NCBI GenBank assembly: GCA_037481835.1
Contig: JBBFKW010000020.1
Coordinates: forward strand, 10,985 to 47,529
Direction: 5' to 3'
Source: Desulfosoma sp.
GTDB taxonomy: Bacteria > Desulfobacterota > Syntrophobacteria > Syntrophobacterales > DSM-9756
Length of the DNA stretch: 36,545 nucleotides
Part shown: positions 17,106 to 26,850 of the stretch, piece after piece
Layout: each line of letters starts with the position of its first letter
How positions within the stretch are numbered: the stretch's first letter is position 1
Program-made: the position numbers and the translations under genes
The notes under the pieces: model-generated
What the model was told of the DNA's origin: nothing
What the model saw: the letters and a program-made list of their open reading frames with translations, nothing else
The model's database searches: none

Positions 17106-18311
17106 GTGACAGCGAAGCCGGCACACAAAGGGTCAAGCCATCCAAAGAAAAAACTGGAACAACGCTTAGCCCTGCAAGAAGCGCATCGGGTGCGAGGCTG
17201 CCCACCGCATGATATGCTCTTGCAGGATCCCCCGGACGACGCCCTTTGTCGGCATTTGGACTCGTGCCTCTTTTGCCGGGAGGACCGTGCCGCCCTGGCC
17301 GTTCACACCGGGGATGGGCCTTCTCGTGCGGCGATGGCTCGGAAACCGGACCCGCCGGAAGCCGATGAGGCAGCTTCAGTGGGAGACCTGCGTCGAATAA
17401 GGGAAGACTTTGGAGGGTGGGGACCCCGGGGGCGATACTTCAACCCGCCGTTGGTCTTTCTCGTGGAGGAGGTCAAGGGGCGAAAGGACGTGTTTCGAGC
17501 GGCCCAAGTCCATGACTTTCCGGCTTTGAAAGGCCCTGGAGACACGCCCCTCTTTGCGGAGGTTTTCGCCGAATCATGGAACGTATACCCGGTGGCCCGG
17601 TGGCGCCTGGGGCCGCTGGTGCGCCGCATGGATCAGGCGGTGACGGCCCGGGTTCTCAAAAACGCCCGCCGCCGACCCCACGAAAACAAACAGGCCACAT
17701 GGGCGAAAGGCGTTGAAAGGGATCTTCGCTCCCCCGCCTATTCCGAGACGTCCTTTCTTGAAGCCTTCCGGCGCTTGGAAAAAGAAACGGCCGCCTTTTT
17801 CACATCCTTGGCCCTTTCGGATCTTTCGGAAACCTTCGCCACAAGCCGCCTTCGGCGCGCCTTGATGGAGAAATTCACCGATTTCGGCGCTTTGGAAGAC
17901 GCCTTCGGCTCCGCCGTCATCCTTGAAGACGATCCCTACGAAGACCCCCTCCTGCGCCTCGTGCTTTCATCCTGGATGCCGCCCTCTCTGCCCATGGCCG
18001 CCGCAGGGCCTGCCCAAGGATTTTTTGTCAAAAAAATCCGATGGGCTCCTTCTCCTGCTTTGGAACCCGTGTGGGCGGAACTGAGAGCCTTTGAAGAAAC
18101 CGAAGACGGATTTCTCGTGGCCGGAAAAATTCATGAGCGTGTTTGCGAGGAGGCGGAAATTCACGCGGTGTGGCGCATTCCCGCCGGCCGGGCCCTGGCG
18201 CGGGAGGCCGTCATCGATCCCAACACGGGCTATTTCAGGCTCCTTTTCCCCGAAGTGACAAAGAAAACCGCCATCTTGGCATTCCTGGAAGTGCTCATCG
18301 GCCGTCCATGA
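17106..18311 (+). CDS. Putative anti-sigma factor: ZAS-type Zn finger, MazF/PemK-like barrel, beta-rich C-terminal domain
   Basis: C32...H50-x3-C54-x2-C57; central GDLRRI...PPLVFLV...AAQV...GPGD...AESWNVYPV pattern resembles a MazF-like fold (by eye); lies between the sigma and protease genes. Confidence 0.6.
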   Translation: MTAKPAHKGSSHPKKKLEQRLALQEAHRVRGCPPHDMLLQDPPDDALCRHLDSCLFCREDRAALAVHTGDGPSRAAMARKPDPPEADEAASVGDLRRIREDFGGWGPRGRYFNPPLVFLVEEVKGRKDVFRAAQVHDFPALKGPGDTPLFAEVFAESWNVYPVARWRLGPLVRRMDQAVTARVLKNARRRPHENKQATWAKGVERDLRSPAYSETSFLEAFRRLEKETAAFFTSLALSDLSETFATSRLRRALMEKFTDFGALEDAFGSAVILEDDPYEDPLLRLVLSSWMPPSLPMAAAGPAQGFFVKKIRWAPSPALEPVWAELRAFEETEDGFLVAGKIHERVCEEAEIHAVWRIPAGRALAREAVIDPNTGYFRLLFPEVTKKTAILAFLEVLIGRP

Positions 18312-20449
18312 TCGAACCCGCCCTGTGGTCGCTAGACGAGCTTATCGTGTGGCACTCCTGGGGGCGCCTCAGGGAACGCCTCCCCCACGTGGCCGATCCT
18401 CGAGGCTTCATGCCGCCCGAAGACCCCGAAGCGGCACGGGATGCATTGGAACGCCTCCAAGCCTGCGTGGATCCCGTATCCTTGGGGCTCGTCCTCGCCT
18501 CATGCCTGGCGGCCGTTCTCACCCGAGGCCAAGGTCCCTCGGAGGCAAAAGATCCCGCCCTCTTTCGGCACCTGGCAAACGCCATGCCGGGCTTTTCGAC
18601 CCGGGACCGGGCACGGCTCCTCCAAGCCCCATGGACCCTTGTCCCCATCTTGGTCGATGCCAGGGGGAAGAGGGACACCGTCTGGTTCGCTGGAGGACTC
18701 CTCGAGGGTGACGAGACGCTGCTTACGCCCTGCTGGTGGCCGTCCGTCGCCGACGGCCAGGCGCAAAACGGAGCCGCCGTGGCCGGCACGCTGGTGCAGG
18801 CCAGAATCCGGCGGGGCCTTGTCATTCTTCCTGTTGTATCTCCCTGGGGCCCTCAATGCGTTTTCGGCCCCTCCCTCGCTCTTCCCCTCTACCTCGCCGC
18901 GGTCGGTCTTGCGCGAGGAAGACGGCCCGAACATCTGGCCGCCACCGGGGCCTTGGAAGAAAGCGGCGCCGTGGGAGCGGTTTCCGCCGTGATGAAAAAG
19001 GCCCGAGCCGCCCGAGTATTGGGCCGGCGCGCTCTGATCTGCCCGGATCAGGGGGTCGAGCTTGAACGAAAAGGCAGCGCGCCGCTCACCCTGCTTCCGG
19101 TGAAGGACCTGGAAGCTGCCGAATATCTTTGGGAAACCTATGAGGATCAAAGCGGCCGAAACGCCTTGGCGGATTTCCAGCGCCTTTCGCACCCCGAAGA
19201 ATTGGCGCATACGCTGCACCTCGTGGATGCCCGGGCCCGAGGCTGGCATGGTTTTCAACCCCGGTATCGGGAGGCCGTGGAAAAGATCGCCCGAGAGCCG
19301 GCACTGACCATGCAAGCCTTGGAACGCCTGGCCAAAATCGTTCGCGATCCCCAGGCGGACCCCGCCTGGATCCAACGCCTCCTGGAACCCTGGGACGCCT
19401 CGTGCTTCCAATCCGTGGCCGAAAAGAACGCACTGGCGGCGTTTCAACTCGCCCAGATCCGTTGGGCCGCGGCGACCCGCCGGGGCGACCCGGGTGAGGC
19501 CGCCCAGTGGGCCCAGTGCTGCGAGGCGCTCCAGGACCGGCTGCTCCAGTATCCGGACGGCATCTACAAGGTTTGCGACTTTCTCAATCGGCGCCTTGTC
19601 AGCGAGCGACAGGCCCTTTATCGGTTCGATCCTTACCTTCCTCAAGACGTTCAAGACATGGTCCGAAGTCTGGAAGAAGAACGCCGCCTTCGAGCCCGTG
19701 ACGGTCGAAAACCCGCAGCCCCGGCCCTGGGAAAACTCTACGGCACCATCGCTCAAAATTACGGCTTTTGCGGCCCCGCGTACCTCGATGAGGTCCGCCG
19801 GGTTGTCTCGGCGGCGCAGGATGCCTTCGGTTTGGGAGAACTTCCCGAGTACCGGGCGGATTGGCGCCGCCAATTCCATTATCGGCTCTATGCCGAGTTG
19901 GACGCCGAGGCCTGGGAGGCGGCCCAATTCACCCTGCAGGCCTATTTGGGGTCTTCCGGGCCGGCTCAAAGGCGCGGAGAGCCTTGGGCCGTGCCGCCGG
20001 AGCGATGGTCTCCCTTTGAGCATGCGGCCATGGCTCGCTTTGGGGCGGAAACGGGCGCCGTCGATCCCGCCTACGACGCCTGGGCCCGGGATCGCCTCAA
20101 AAGGCCCTTTTCCGGACACCCCTGGCCGCTCTGGCTGTGGAACATGGGAAGAATTTTCTCCACGAAAGAAGAGAAAAGATCGGCCTGGTGGAAAAGCGCG
20201 GAACTCTCCCTCATGCTCGGTCCGACGGCCCAACCCATGGCGCTTCTTCCCCTGGCGTGGCTGCACCGAGAGGGACTGGCGACGGCCGCGGAGCTGGAAC
20301 CTCACGTGGAACGCGTTGTAAATCTGCTGACCCGCGGTCCTCTGTGGCGTCCCCACTTTGAAAGTCTCCTCGCCTGCCCCACGGCGATCGGGCTGCTGGA
20401 GGAAACGATCCGCCGCGCCTCCGCTCTTTTTCCTTTCACATATCGGTAA
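18308..20449 (+). CDS. Lon-type (S16) Ser-Lys protease domain fused to a long alpha-helical/TPR-like C-terminus
   Basis: ATGA overlap with the upstream gene; 713 aa; GPS189LALP, AATGAL...GAVGAV and MKK231ARAA...ALICP match the Lon proteolytic pattern; no Walker A or AAA+ module visible. Confidence 0.75.
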   Translation: MIEPALWSLDELIVWHSWGRLRERLPHVADPRGFMPPEDPEAARDALERLQACVDPVSLGLVLASCLAAVLTRGQGPSEAKDPALFRHLANAMPGFSTRDRARLLQAPWTLVPILVDARGKRDTVWFAGGLLEGDETLLTPCWWPSVADGQAQNGAAVAGTLVQARIRRGLVILPVVSPWGPQCVFGPSLALPLYLAAVGLARGRRPEHLAATGALEESGAVGAVSAVMKKARAARVLGRRALICPDQGVELERKGSAPLTLLPVKDLEAAEYLWETYEDQSGRNALADFQRLSHPEELAHTLHLVDARARGWHGFQPRYREAVEKIAREPALTMQALERLAKIVRDPQADPAWIQRLLEPWDASCFQSVAEKNALAAFQLAQIRWAAATRRGDPGEAAQWAQCCEALQDRLLQYPDGIYKVCDFLNRRLVSERQALYRFDPYLPQDVQDMVRSLEEERRLRARDGRKPAAPALGKLYGTIAQNYGFCGPAYLDEVRRVVSAAQDAFGLGELPEYRADWRRQFHYRLYAELDAEAWEAAQFTLQAYLGSSGPAQRRGEPWAVPPERWSPFEHAAMARFGAETGAVDPAYDAWARDRLKRPFSGHPWPLWLWNMGRIFSTKEEKRSAWWKSAELSLMLGPTAQPMALLPLAWLHREGLATAAELEPHVERVVNLLTRGPLWRPHFESLLACPTAIGLLEETIRRASALFPFTYR

Positions 20450-20470
20450 AGGGTTTCGTGCAGCGACAGG

Positions 20471-20500
20471 TTGACGAACCCCGAACCCATTCTGTATAAG
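20471..20500 (+). promoter_or_regulatory. Possible sigma70 promoter of the ABC/hut operon
   Basis: TTGACG-N18-TATAAG about 41 bp before the permease start. Confidence 0.4.
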
Positions 20501-20541
20501 GCACAAGCCCCAGGACAAGAAAGCTTCGGGAGGAAAAGCGC

Positions 20542-21405
20542 ATGGGCCTTCTTTTGGAGCAGCTTCTCAACGGCGTGGCCATGGGATCCATTTACGCCCT
20601 GGTGACCTTGGGGCTCGCCCTGGTTTACGGCATCTTGCGCATCCTCCATGTGGCCCATGCCGCCGTCTATACCGTCGGGGCTTATCTCGGCTTGCTTTTT
20701 TTCCACACGACGGGAAGCCTGTGGCTCGCGTGCCTCGGGGCCATGGCGGGCTGCGCCGCCTTGGGTGTGGCCATCGAACGGCTGGTCTACTTTCCTCTGC
20801 TCAAATACCCGCCGTACGTGCCGCTCATCGCAAGTATCGCCATTTTGCTGGGCCTTGAGGAAATCTGCCGCCTCATTGCCGGCCCCTATATCCTCACCTT
20901 TCCGGCCGAACTTCCCTTCCCGCCGCTGCATGTCCTCGGGCTGGATATCCCGTCCCCCGTTTCGGCCATCATCGGCATCACCGCAGTGATTTTGCTCTTT
21001 CTGTGGTTTCTCACCACCCGCACGGAAACCGGCTTGGCCATGCGGGCCGTCTCCCAGGACCTGACCATCGCGGGCGCCATGGGGATCAACAGTCACGCCG
21101 TGGTGACTTTCACCTTCGCCGTCGGATCGGCCATCGCCGCTCTGGCGGGCATCCTCGTGGGCATCTACTACAACCAGGTCTATTCCACCATGGGTTCCGT
21201 CCCGGCTTACAAAACCTTGGCCATCATCGTCGTCGGCGGACTGGGCTCCGTTCCCGGCGCCGTAGCCGCCTCCCTCTTGCTCGGCGTTGCGGAAACGCTC
21301 CTCATCGGCTACGCCCATATCCCCCTTCCTCGGGACGCCTTGGCTTTCATCGCCATGATCGCCGTGCTCATGTGGCGTTCCGAAGGCCTGTTCGGATCAC
21401 GATGA
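20542..21405 (+). CDS. Branched-chain amino acid-type ABC permease (LivH-like)
   Basis: NGVAMGSIYALVTLGLALVYG, GLAMRAVSQD, IVVGGLGS; hydrophobic. Confidence 0.93.
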   Translation: MGLLLEQLLNGVAMGSIYALVTLGLALVYGILRILHVAHAAVYTVGAYLGLLFFHTTGSLWLACLGAMAGCAALGVAIERLVYFPLLKYPPYVPLIASIAILLGLEEICRLIAGPYILTFPAELPFPPLHVLGLDIPSPVSAIIGITAVILLFLWFLTTRTETGLAMRAVSQDLTIAGAMGINSHAVVTFTFAVGSAIAALAGILVGIYYNQVYSTMGSVPAYKTLAIIVVGGLGSVPGAVAASLLLGVAETLLIGYAHIPLPRDALAFIAMIAVLMWRSEGLFGSR

Positions 21406-21412
21406 GGGGCCC

Positions 21413-22300
21413 ATGAACGATTACGTCATCACGGTAGCAACCTTTGCAGCCATTCAGGCCATCGTGGCGTGCGGCTTGAACGTCATTGTGGGCTATGCGG
21501 GCCAGATTTCCCTAGGCCATGCGGCCTTTTTCGGGATCGGAGCCTACGCCTCAGCCCTGCTGACCACCAAGGCCGGCCTCTCCTTCTGGGCGGCTTTGCC
21601 CATGGTCGTCGCCGTCACGGGCCTGGTGGGGCTGCTCCTGGGCATTCCCAGCCTGAGGGTCCGGGACGATTTTTTGGCCATCACCACCATCGGTATCAAC
21701 TTCATCGTGGAAGCCGTCTTCCTCTACGTGCCCTTTTTCGGCGGCGCCCTGGGCATCGGAAACATCCCTCGGGTGACCCTTTTCCACATGAGGATGAAAG
21801 GCCCCTCGTACCTGATCCTGTGCCTCATCTTCTTGGCCCTGGTGCTCCTTTTGTGCCGATGGTTCACCCGAAGCTGGGCCGGCTTGGCCTGTTTCGCCTT
21901 GAGAGAAGAAGAGACGGCGGCGGGCGGCATGGGCATTTCCCCCGTGCGATTCAAGCTCCTGGCTTTCGTTGCGGGCACCGCCACGGCCGGGCTGGGCGGA
22001 GCCCTTTATGCCCACTTCATGCGGTTCATCAGCCCGGGCGATTTCAGCTTTCCCGTCTCGGTCATGCTCCTTTCCATGATCGTTTTGGGCGGCATGGGCA
22101 CCCAGTGGGGCCCCGTGTTGGGCGCCATGATTCTGGTGAGCCTCCCCGAACTGTTTCGCCCCCTCATGGAAATCCGTTTCCTGCTCTACACGGCGATTCT
22201 GCTCGTCATGATCCGGTTCCAGCCCGCCGGCTTGCTCGGCGAAGCCAGCCTGGCACGCCGTGTGCTCGCCAAGGCGGCGCCCAGGGGGACGGGCCGATGA
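21413..22300 (+). CDS. Branched-chain amino acid-type ABC permease (LivM-like)
   Basis: GLNVIVGYAGQISLGHAAFFGIGAY, IVLGGMG. Confidence 0.93.
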   Translation: MNDYVITVATFAAIQAIVACGLNVIVGYAGQISLGHAAFFGIGAYASALLTTKAGLSFWAALPMVVAVTGLVGLLLGIPSLRVRDDFLAITTIGINFIVEAVFLYVPFFGGALGIGNIPRVTLFHMRMKGPSYLILCLIFLALVLLLCRWFTRSWAGLACFALREEETAAGGMGISPVRFKLLAFVAGTATAGLGGALYAHFMRFISPGDFSFPVSVMLLSMIVLGGMGTQWGPVLGAMILVSLPELFRPLMEIRFLLYTAILLVMIRFQPAGLLGEASLARRVLAKAAPRGTGR

Positions 22301-23064
22301 AGGAAATCCTCCTCAGGGTGCGGGATCTGGCCAAGCATTTCGGCGGCCTTCGAGCGGTGGACGGCGTGAGCTTCGACCTGCACGTGAAGGAAATCCTGGG
22401 GCTTCTCGGGCCCAACGGGGCGGGAAAAACGGTCTGCTTCAATGTCATTTCCGGCGTCTACGCCCCGACTTCCGGCGAGATTTACTTTGCGGGACGGCGC
22501 ACCGACGGCCTGCCGCCTTATCGCATGGCCGCCCTGGGATTGGGCCGAACCTTTCAGATCGTCAAGCCCTTCGCGAACCTCACGGTCCTCGACAACGTAA
22601 TCGTGTCGTGCGGCGTGGACCGTTACAAAAACCTGCTTCGATCCTTCGGGTCGTGGACCGACGCCCGGACACGGCACAGGGCCATGGAACTTTTGGAAAA
22701 AGTCGGGCTGGAGCGCGACGCGGATCGCAAGGCGGGTCTTCTCCCCTTGGGGCATCTGCGCCGCCTGGAAATCGCTCGCGCCCTGGCCGTGGGGCATCGG
22801 CTCCTCTTGCTGGACGAATGCTTTTCCGGGCTTCGAGAAGAGGAAATCGTCCCGCTGATGGATCTCGTCTCGGCCATCCGCCGTGACGGCCTTTCGGTCC
22901 TGCTCATCGAACACAACATGCGCGTGGCCATGAAACTGTCGGATCGCATCGTCGTGCTGAATCACGGGCGAAAGATCGCCGAAGGTTCCCCGGCCGACAT
23001 TGTGCGGGATCCTGTGGTCATCGAAGCTTACCTGGGGCGGGGAGGCCACGGGCATGCTGCTTGA
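22297..23064 (+). CDS. ABC ATP-binding protein (LivG-like)
   Basis: Start ATG 22297 (ATGA overlap); GPNGAGKT, LLLLDE, IEH, VIEAYLG. Confidence 0.93.
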   Translation: MKEILLRVRDLAKHFGGLRAVDGVSFDLHVKEILGLLGPNGAGKTVCFNVISGVYAPTSGEIYFAGRRTDGLPPYRMAALGLGRTFQIVKPFANLTVLDNVIVSCGVDRYKNLLRSFGSWTDARTRHRAMELLEKVGLERDADRKAGLLPLGHLRRLEIARALAVGHRLLLLDECFSGLREEEIVPLMDLVSAIRRDGLSVLLIEHNMRVAMKLSDRIVVLNHGRKIAEGSPADIVRDPVVIEAYLGRGGHGHAA

Positions 23065-23791
23065 GGTGCGTGGACTGCACATCGCCTACGGGGATGTCCG
23101 GGCCGTCTGCGGCGTGGATTGTGCCGTGGCCCAAGGGGAATTGGTGTCCATTATCGGCGCTAACGGAGCCGGAAAGACATCCATCCTGAACGGCCTCATG
23201 GGCCTCGTGCCCATCCAGGCCGGGACCGTCCTCTTCCGGGGGCAGGACATTTCGGCCATGCCGGCTCACCGGCGCGCCCACCTGGGGATTCGAATCGTTC
23301 CCGAGCGGGCCAGGGTCTTCCCGCGCCTTTCCGTTTTGGAAAACCTCATGACGGGAGCTTACCGCATCAAGAAGAAAATCCCGCTCCACGACCGCCTGGA
23401 ATGGCTCTACGAGCTTTTTCCCATCCTCAAGGAGCGGCGGCATCAGCCGGCCCGGACCCTTTCGGGCGGCGAACAGCAGCAGCTGGCCATCGCCCGGGCC
23501 CTCATCGCCGATCCCCAACTGCTCCTCGTCGATGAGGTGTCCATGGGCCTTATGCCCAAACTGGTGGACCAGGTTTTTGACCTTCTCCAGAGCCTGCACC
23601 GCGACCACGGGCTGACGATCCTTCTCGTGGAACAAAACGCGCGGGCTTCCTTGGAAATTTCACAGCGCGCCTACGTGCTGGAAACGGGAACCGTGGTCAT
23701 GGAAGGACCGGCCGGGGAACTCATGGACCATCCCCAAATCCGCAAAGCCTATCTGGGGCTTGCCGGAGAAGATCCGGACGGGCGACAATGA
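23054..23791 (+). CDS. ABC ATP-binding protein (LivF-like)
   Basis: GANGAGKT, LSGGEQQ, LLVDE, VEQN; start ATG 23054 after GGAGG. Confidence 0.93.
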   Translation: MLLEVRGLHIAYGDVRAVCGVDCAVAQGELVSIIGANGAGKTSILNGLMGLVPIQAGTVLFRGQDISAMPAHRRAHLGIRIVPERARVFPRLSVLENLMTGAYRIKKKIPLHDRLEWLYELFPILKERRHQPARTLSGGEQQQLAIARALIADPQLLLVDEVSMGLMPKLVDQVFDLLQSLHRDHGLTILLVEQNARASLEISQRAYVLETGTVVMEGPAGELMDHPQIRKAYLGLAGEDPDGRQ

Positions 23792-23865
23792 GGCCTTACA
23801 AGGCGGGCCGCTCGGCGGCCTACGGCGCAACATTTACACAAACTGTCTTGGTGGAGGTGGCTGTC

Positions 23866-25017
23866 ATGAATAAAATCGCCTTATGGACCCTGGTCTTGGC
23901 TCTGGTGCTTGTTCCCACGGCCGCCGTTCGGGCGGCGGACGCCGTCAAAATCGGCCTCCTGGCCCCGCTCACGGGCCCCGCCGCCGCCGATGGGGCGAGC
24001 GTTCACAATTCGGTGCAGCTTGCCGTGGAAAAGGTCAACAAGGGCGGCGGGATTTTGGGAAAGCCGGTGGAACTGGTGGTCTATGACGATCGCGCCGACG
24101 GCAAGGAAGCCGTGGGACTCGCCCAGAAGCTCATCCAGAAAGACAAGGTGGTGGGCGTGGTCGGCGGATCCTACAGCACGCCCAGCCGGGCCGTGGCCTC
24201 CATCTTTCAGGAGGAAAAAATCCCCTTCATCGCCGCCTATGCCGTCCATCCGGACATCACCATCGCCGGAGAATACTGCTTCCGTAACGGCTTTCTCGGC
24301 ATGGTGGAAGGACGTGCGGCCGCCTATACGGCCGTCAATACCCTAAAAGCCAAAAAGATCGCTCTGCTCGTGAGCGACAACGATTTCGGCCGCACACTGG
24401 CCGCCGGCTTCAAGGAATACCTGAAACAAAAGGCCCCTGAGACCGAATTGGTCTATGAACAAGCCTATCCCTTCCAGGAAAAGGATTTCAAACCGTATCT
24501 CGCCGCCGTCAAGGAAAAGAACCCGGACCTCCTGTTCGCCAGCGGCTACTACTTCCAGACCGGACCCATCGTGAGCCAAGCGCGTGAACTGGGGATCACG
24601 GCCACCATCTTCGGCGAGGAAGGGGCCGACTCACCCAAGTTCCTGGAAATCGCCGGCAAAGCCGCCGAAGGCTTCCTCATCGTCACCAACCTGAACCGGG
24701 ACGACCCCCGACCGGAAGTGCAGGAATTTCTTAAGCAATACCGGGAGCGCTACCGCATCGAACCCGACATGGTGGGGGCTTCCGCCTATGATGCCTTCAT
24801 GATCCTGTGCGACGCCATCCGCCGGGCGGGAAGCACCGACGGACCCGCCGTGCAAAAGGCTTTGGCCGCCACCAAGAATTTCAACGGCCTGACCGGGATC
24901 ATCCAGGGATTCACTCCCGTGGGTGAAGTGGTCAAGGACGTGCAGGTGCAGATCGTCAAAGACGGCTCCTTCCGGTACTTCGGTGTGGTCAAAGACCCGA
25001 GCGTCATCACGCCTTAG
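23866..25017 (+). CDS. ABC substrate-binding protein (LivJ/K-like)
   Basis: Signal peptide MNKIALWTLVLALV...; KIGLLAPLTG, INxxGG-like VNKGGGILG, AYDA; GGAGG RBS. Confidence 0.92.
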   Translation: MNKIALWTLVLALVLVPTAAVRAADAVKIGLLAPLTGPAAADGASVHNSVQLAVEKVNKGGGILGKPVELVVYDDRADGKEAVGLAQKLIQKDKVVGVVGGSYSTPSRAVASIFQEEKIPFIAAYAVHPDITIAGEYCFRNGFLGMVEGRAAAYTAVNTLKAKKIALLVSDNDFGRTLAAGFKEYLKQKAPETELVYEQAYPFQEKDFKPYLAAVKEKNPDLLFASGYYFQTGPIVSQARELGITATIFGEEGADSPKFLEIAGKAAEGFLIVTNLNRDDPRPEVQEFLKQYRERYRIEPDMVGASAYDAFMILCDAIRRAGSTDGPAVQKALAATKNFNGLTGIIQGFTPVGEVVKDVQVQIVKDGSFRYFGVVKDPSVITP

Positions 25018-25122
25018 AGGGGAAAAAGCCGAGGCGGGAAAGGCCAAGCGTCCGGCGGCGGAACCGAAGCCGCCCCGGACGCCGGGCCCCGCCCGCACCG
25101 AAAGCACAGGGAGGACCAAGGG

Positions 25123-26832
25123 ATGAGCACGAGTCCGAAGGAAAGGCTCCTCAAGGAACTGCAGATCGGCTGCGGCAAGGCTCGGCCGGTCCGGGCGCCT
25201 CGAGGCACGGAACTCCATTGCAAGGGCTGGCACCAGGAAGCGGCCCTGCGCATGCTCTGTAACAATCTGGATCCCGAAACGGGAGAAAAACCGGACGAGC
25301 TCATCGTCTATGGCGGCACGGGAAAAGCCGCCCGAAACTGGGAATGTTTCGACGCCCTGGTGCGATCGCTGCTCGAGCTGGAAAACGATGAAACGCTCCT
25401 GGTTCAGTCGGGAAAGCCCGTGGGGATCCTCCGAACCTACCCCGCTTCTCCCCGGGTTCTTATCGCCAACGCCAACCTCGTTCCCGCCTGGGCCACCTGG
25501 GAATACTTCCACGAACTGGAAGCCAAGGGGCTCATCATGTTCGGCCAAATGACGGCCGGATCCTGGATCTACATCGGCACCCAGGGAATTCTCCAGGGAA
25601 CCTACGAGACCTTCGCCGCCTTGGCGGAAAAACACTTCGGCGGCTCCTTGGCCGGCAAGATCACGGTCACAGGCGGCTTGGGCGGCATGGGCGGCGCCCA
25701 GCCGCTGGCCGTCACCATGAACGAAGGGGTGGCCCTGTGCGTGGAAGTGGACCGGGCGCGCATTCAAAGACGCCTGGATACACGATACCTGGACCTCATG
25801 GTGGACGATTTGGACCGGGCCGTGGCCATGGCCCGGGAGGCTGCGGCCGCCAAGAAACCGCTTTCCATCGGGCTTTTGGGAAACTGCGCCGAAATCCTTC
25901 CCAAGATGATCGCCATGGGCTTCATCCCCGACGTGGTGACCGACCAGACGAGCGCCCACGACGAACTGAACGGGTACGTCCCGGCGGGCATCCCGTACGA
26001 AGAGGCCCTGGCCCTTCGAAAAGCGGATCCCAAGCGCTACATCGACATGGCCATGGATTCCATGGCCGTCCATTGCCGAGCCATCCTGGAGATGCAGCAG
26101 CGAGGGGCGGTGGCCTTCGATTACGGCAATAACCTGCGGGGCCAGGCCCTGAAACGGGGCGTCTCAAACGCCTTCGATTATCCCGGCTTTGTGCCCGCCT
26201 ACATCCGGCCCCTGTTTTGCGAAGGCGAAGGCCCCTTCCGATGGGCGGCCCTGTCCGGAGACCCCCAGGACATCCTCGTGACCGATCAGGCCCTCATGGA
26301 AGCCTTCCCGGAAAAAACGCGCATGGTGCGGTGGCTCCGCATGGCCGAACAGCGGGTGGCCCACATGGGACTTCCCGCCCGAATCTGCTGGCTCGGCTAC
26401 GGGGAACGGGACAAGGCCGGCAAGATCTTTAACGACTTGGTCCGCACAGGGGCCGTGAAAGCCCCCATCGTCATCGGCCGAGACCATCTGGACTGCGGCT
26501 CCGTGGCCTCCCCCAACCGGGAAACGGAAGCCATGAAGGACGGGTCCGACGCCATCGCCGACTGGCCCCTGCTCAACGCCATGGTCAACACGGCCTCGGG
26601 AGCCAGCTGGGTGAGCTTCCATCACGGAGGCGGCGTGGGCATCGGCTACGCCCTCCATGCCGGCCAGGTCACCGTGGCCGACGGCACGGACGACGGAGAA
26701 CGGCGGGTGACGACGGTGCTTCGAAACGATCCCGCAACGGGCATCATCCGCCATGCCGATGCGGGCTACGAACGGGCCATTGAAGTGGCGCGGCAGCGGG
26801 GCGTGAAGATCCCCATGCTTCCCGCCGTGTGA
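25123..26832 (+). CDS. hutU: Urocanate hydratase
   Basis: [54 protein letters not shown]. Confidence 0.98.
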   Translation: MSTSPKERLLKELQIGCGKARPVRAPRGTELHCKGWHQEAALRMLCNNLDPETGEKPDELIVYGGTGKAARNWECFDALVRSLLELENDETLLVQSGKPVGILRTYPASPRVLIANANLVPAWATWEYFHELEAKGLIMFGQMTAGSWIYIGTQGILQGTYETFAALAEKHFGGSLAGKITVTGGLGGMGGAQPLAVTMNEGVALCVEVDRARIQRRLDTRYLDLMVDDLDRAVAMAREAAAAKKPLSIGLLGNCAEILPKMIAMGFIPDVVTDQTSAHDELNGYVPAGIPYEEALALRKADPKRYIDMAMDSMAVHCRAILEMQQRGAVAFDYGNNLRGQALKRGVSNAFDYPGFVPAYIRPLFCEGEGPFRWAALSGDPQDILVTDQALMEAFPEKTRMVRWLRMAEQRVAHMGLPARICWLGYGERDKAGKIFNDLVRTGAVKAPIVIGRDHLDCGSVASPNRETEAMKDGSDAIADWPLLNAMVNTASGASWVSFHHGGGVGIGYALHAGQVTVADGTDDGERRVTTVLRNDPATGIIRHADAGYERAIEVARQRGVKIPMLPAV

Positions 26833-26850
26833 GGCCGAAGGGGAAAATGC

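Noticed and set aside
18308..20449. Calling the protease CalpL or a housekeeping Lon
   Set aside because: No recognisable SAVED domain and no AAA+ Walker motifs; only the proteolytic domain pattern is supported.
21469..22296. Apparent long N-terminal extension of the LivG-like ATPase
   Set aside because: It overlaps the LivM-like gene; the likely start is ATG 22297.
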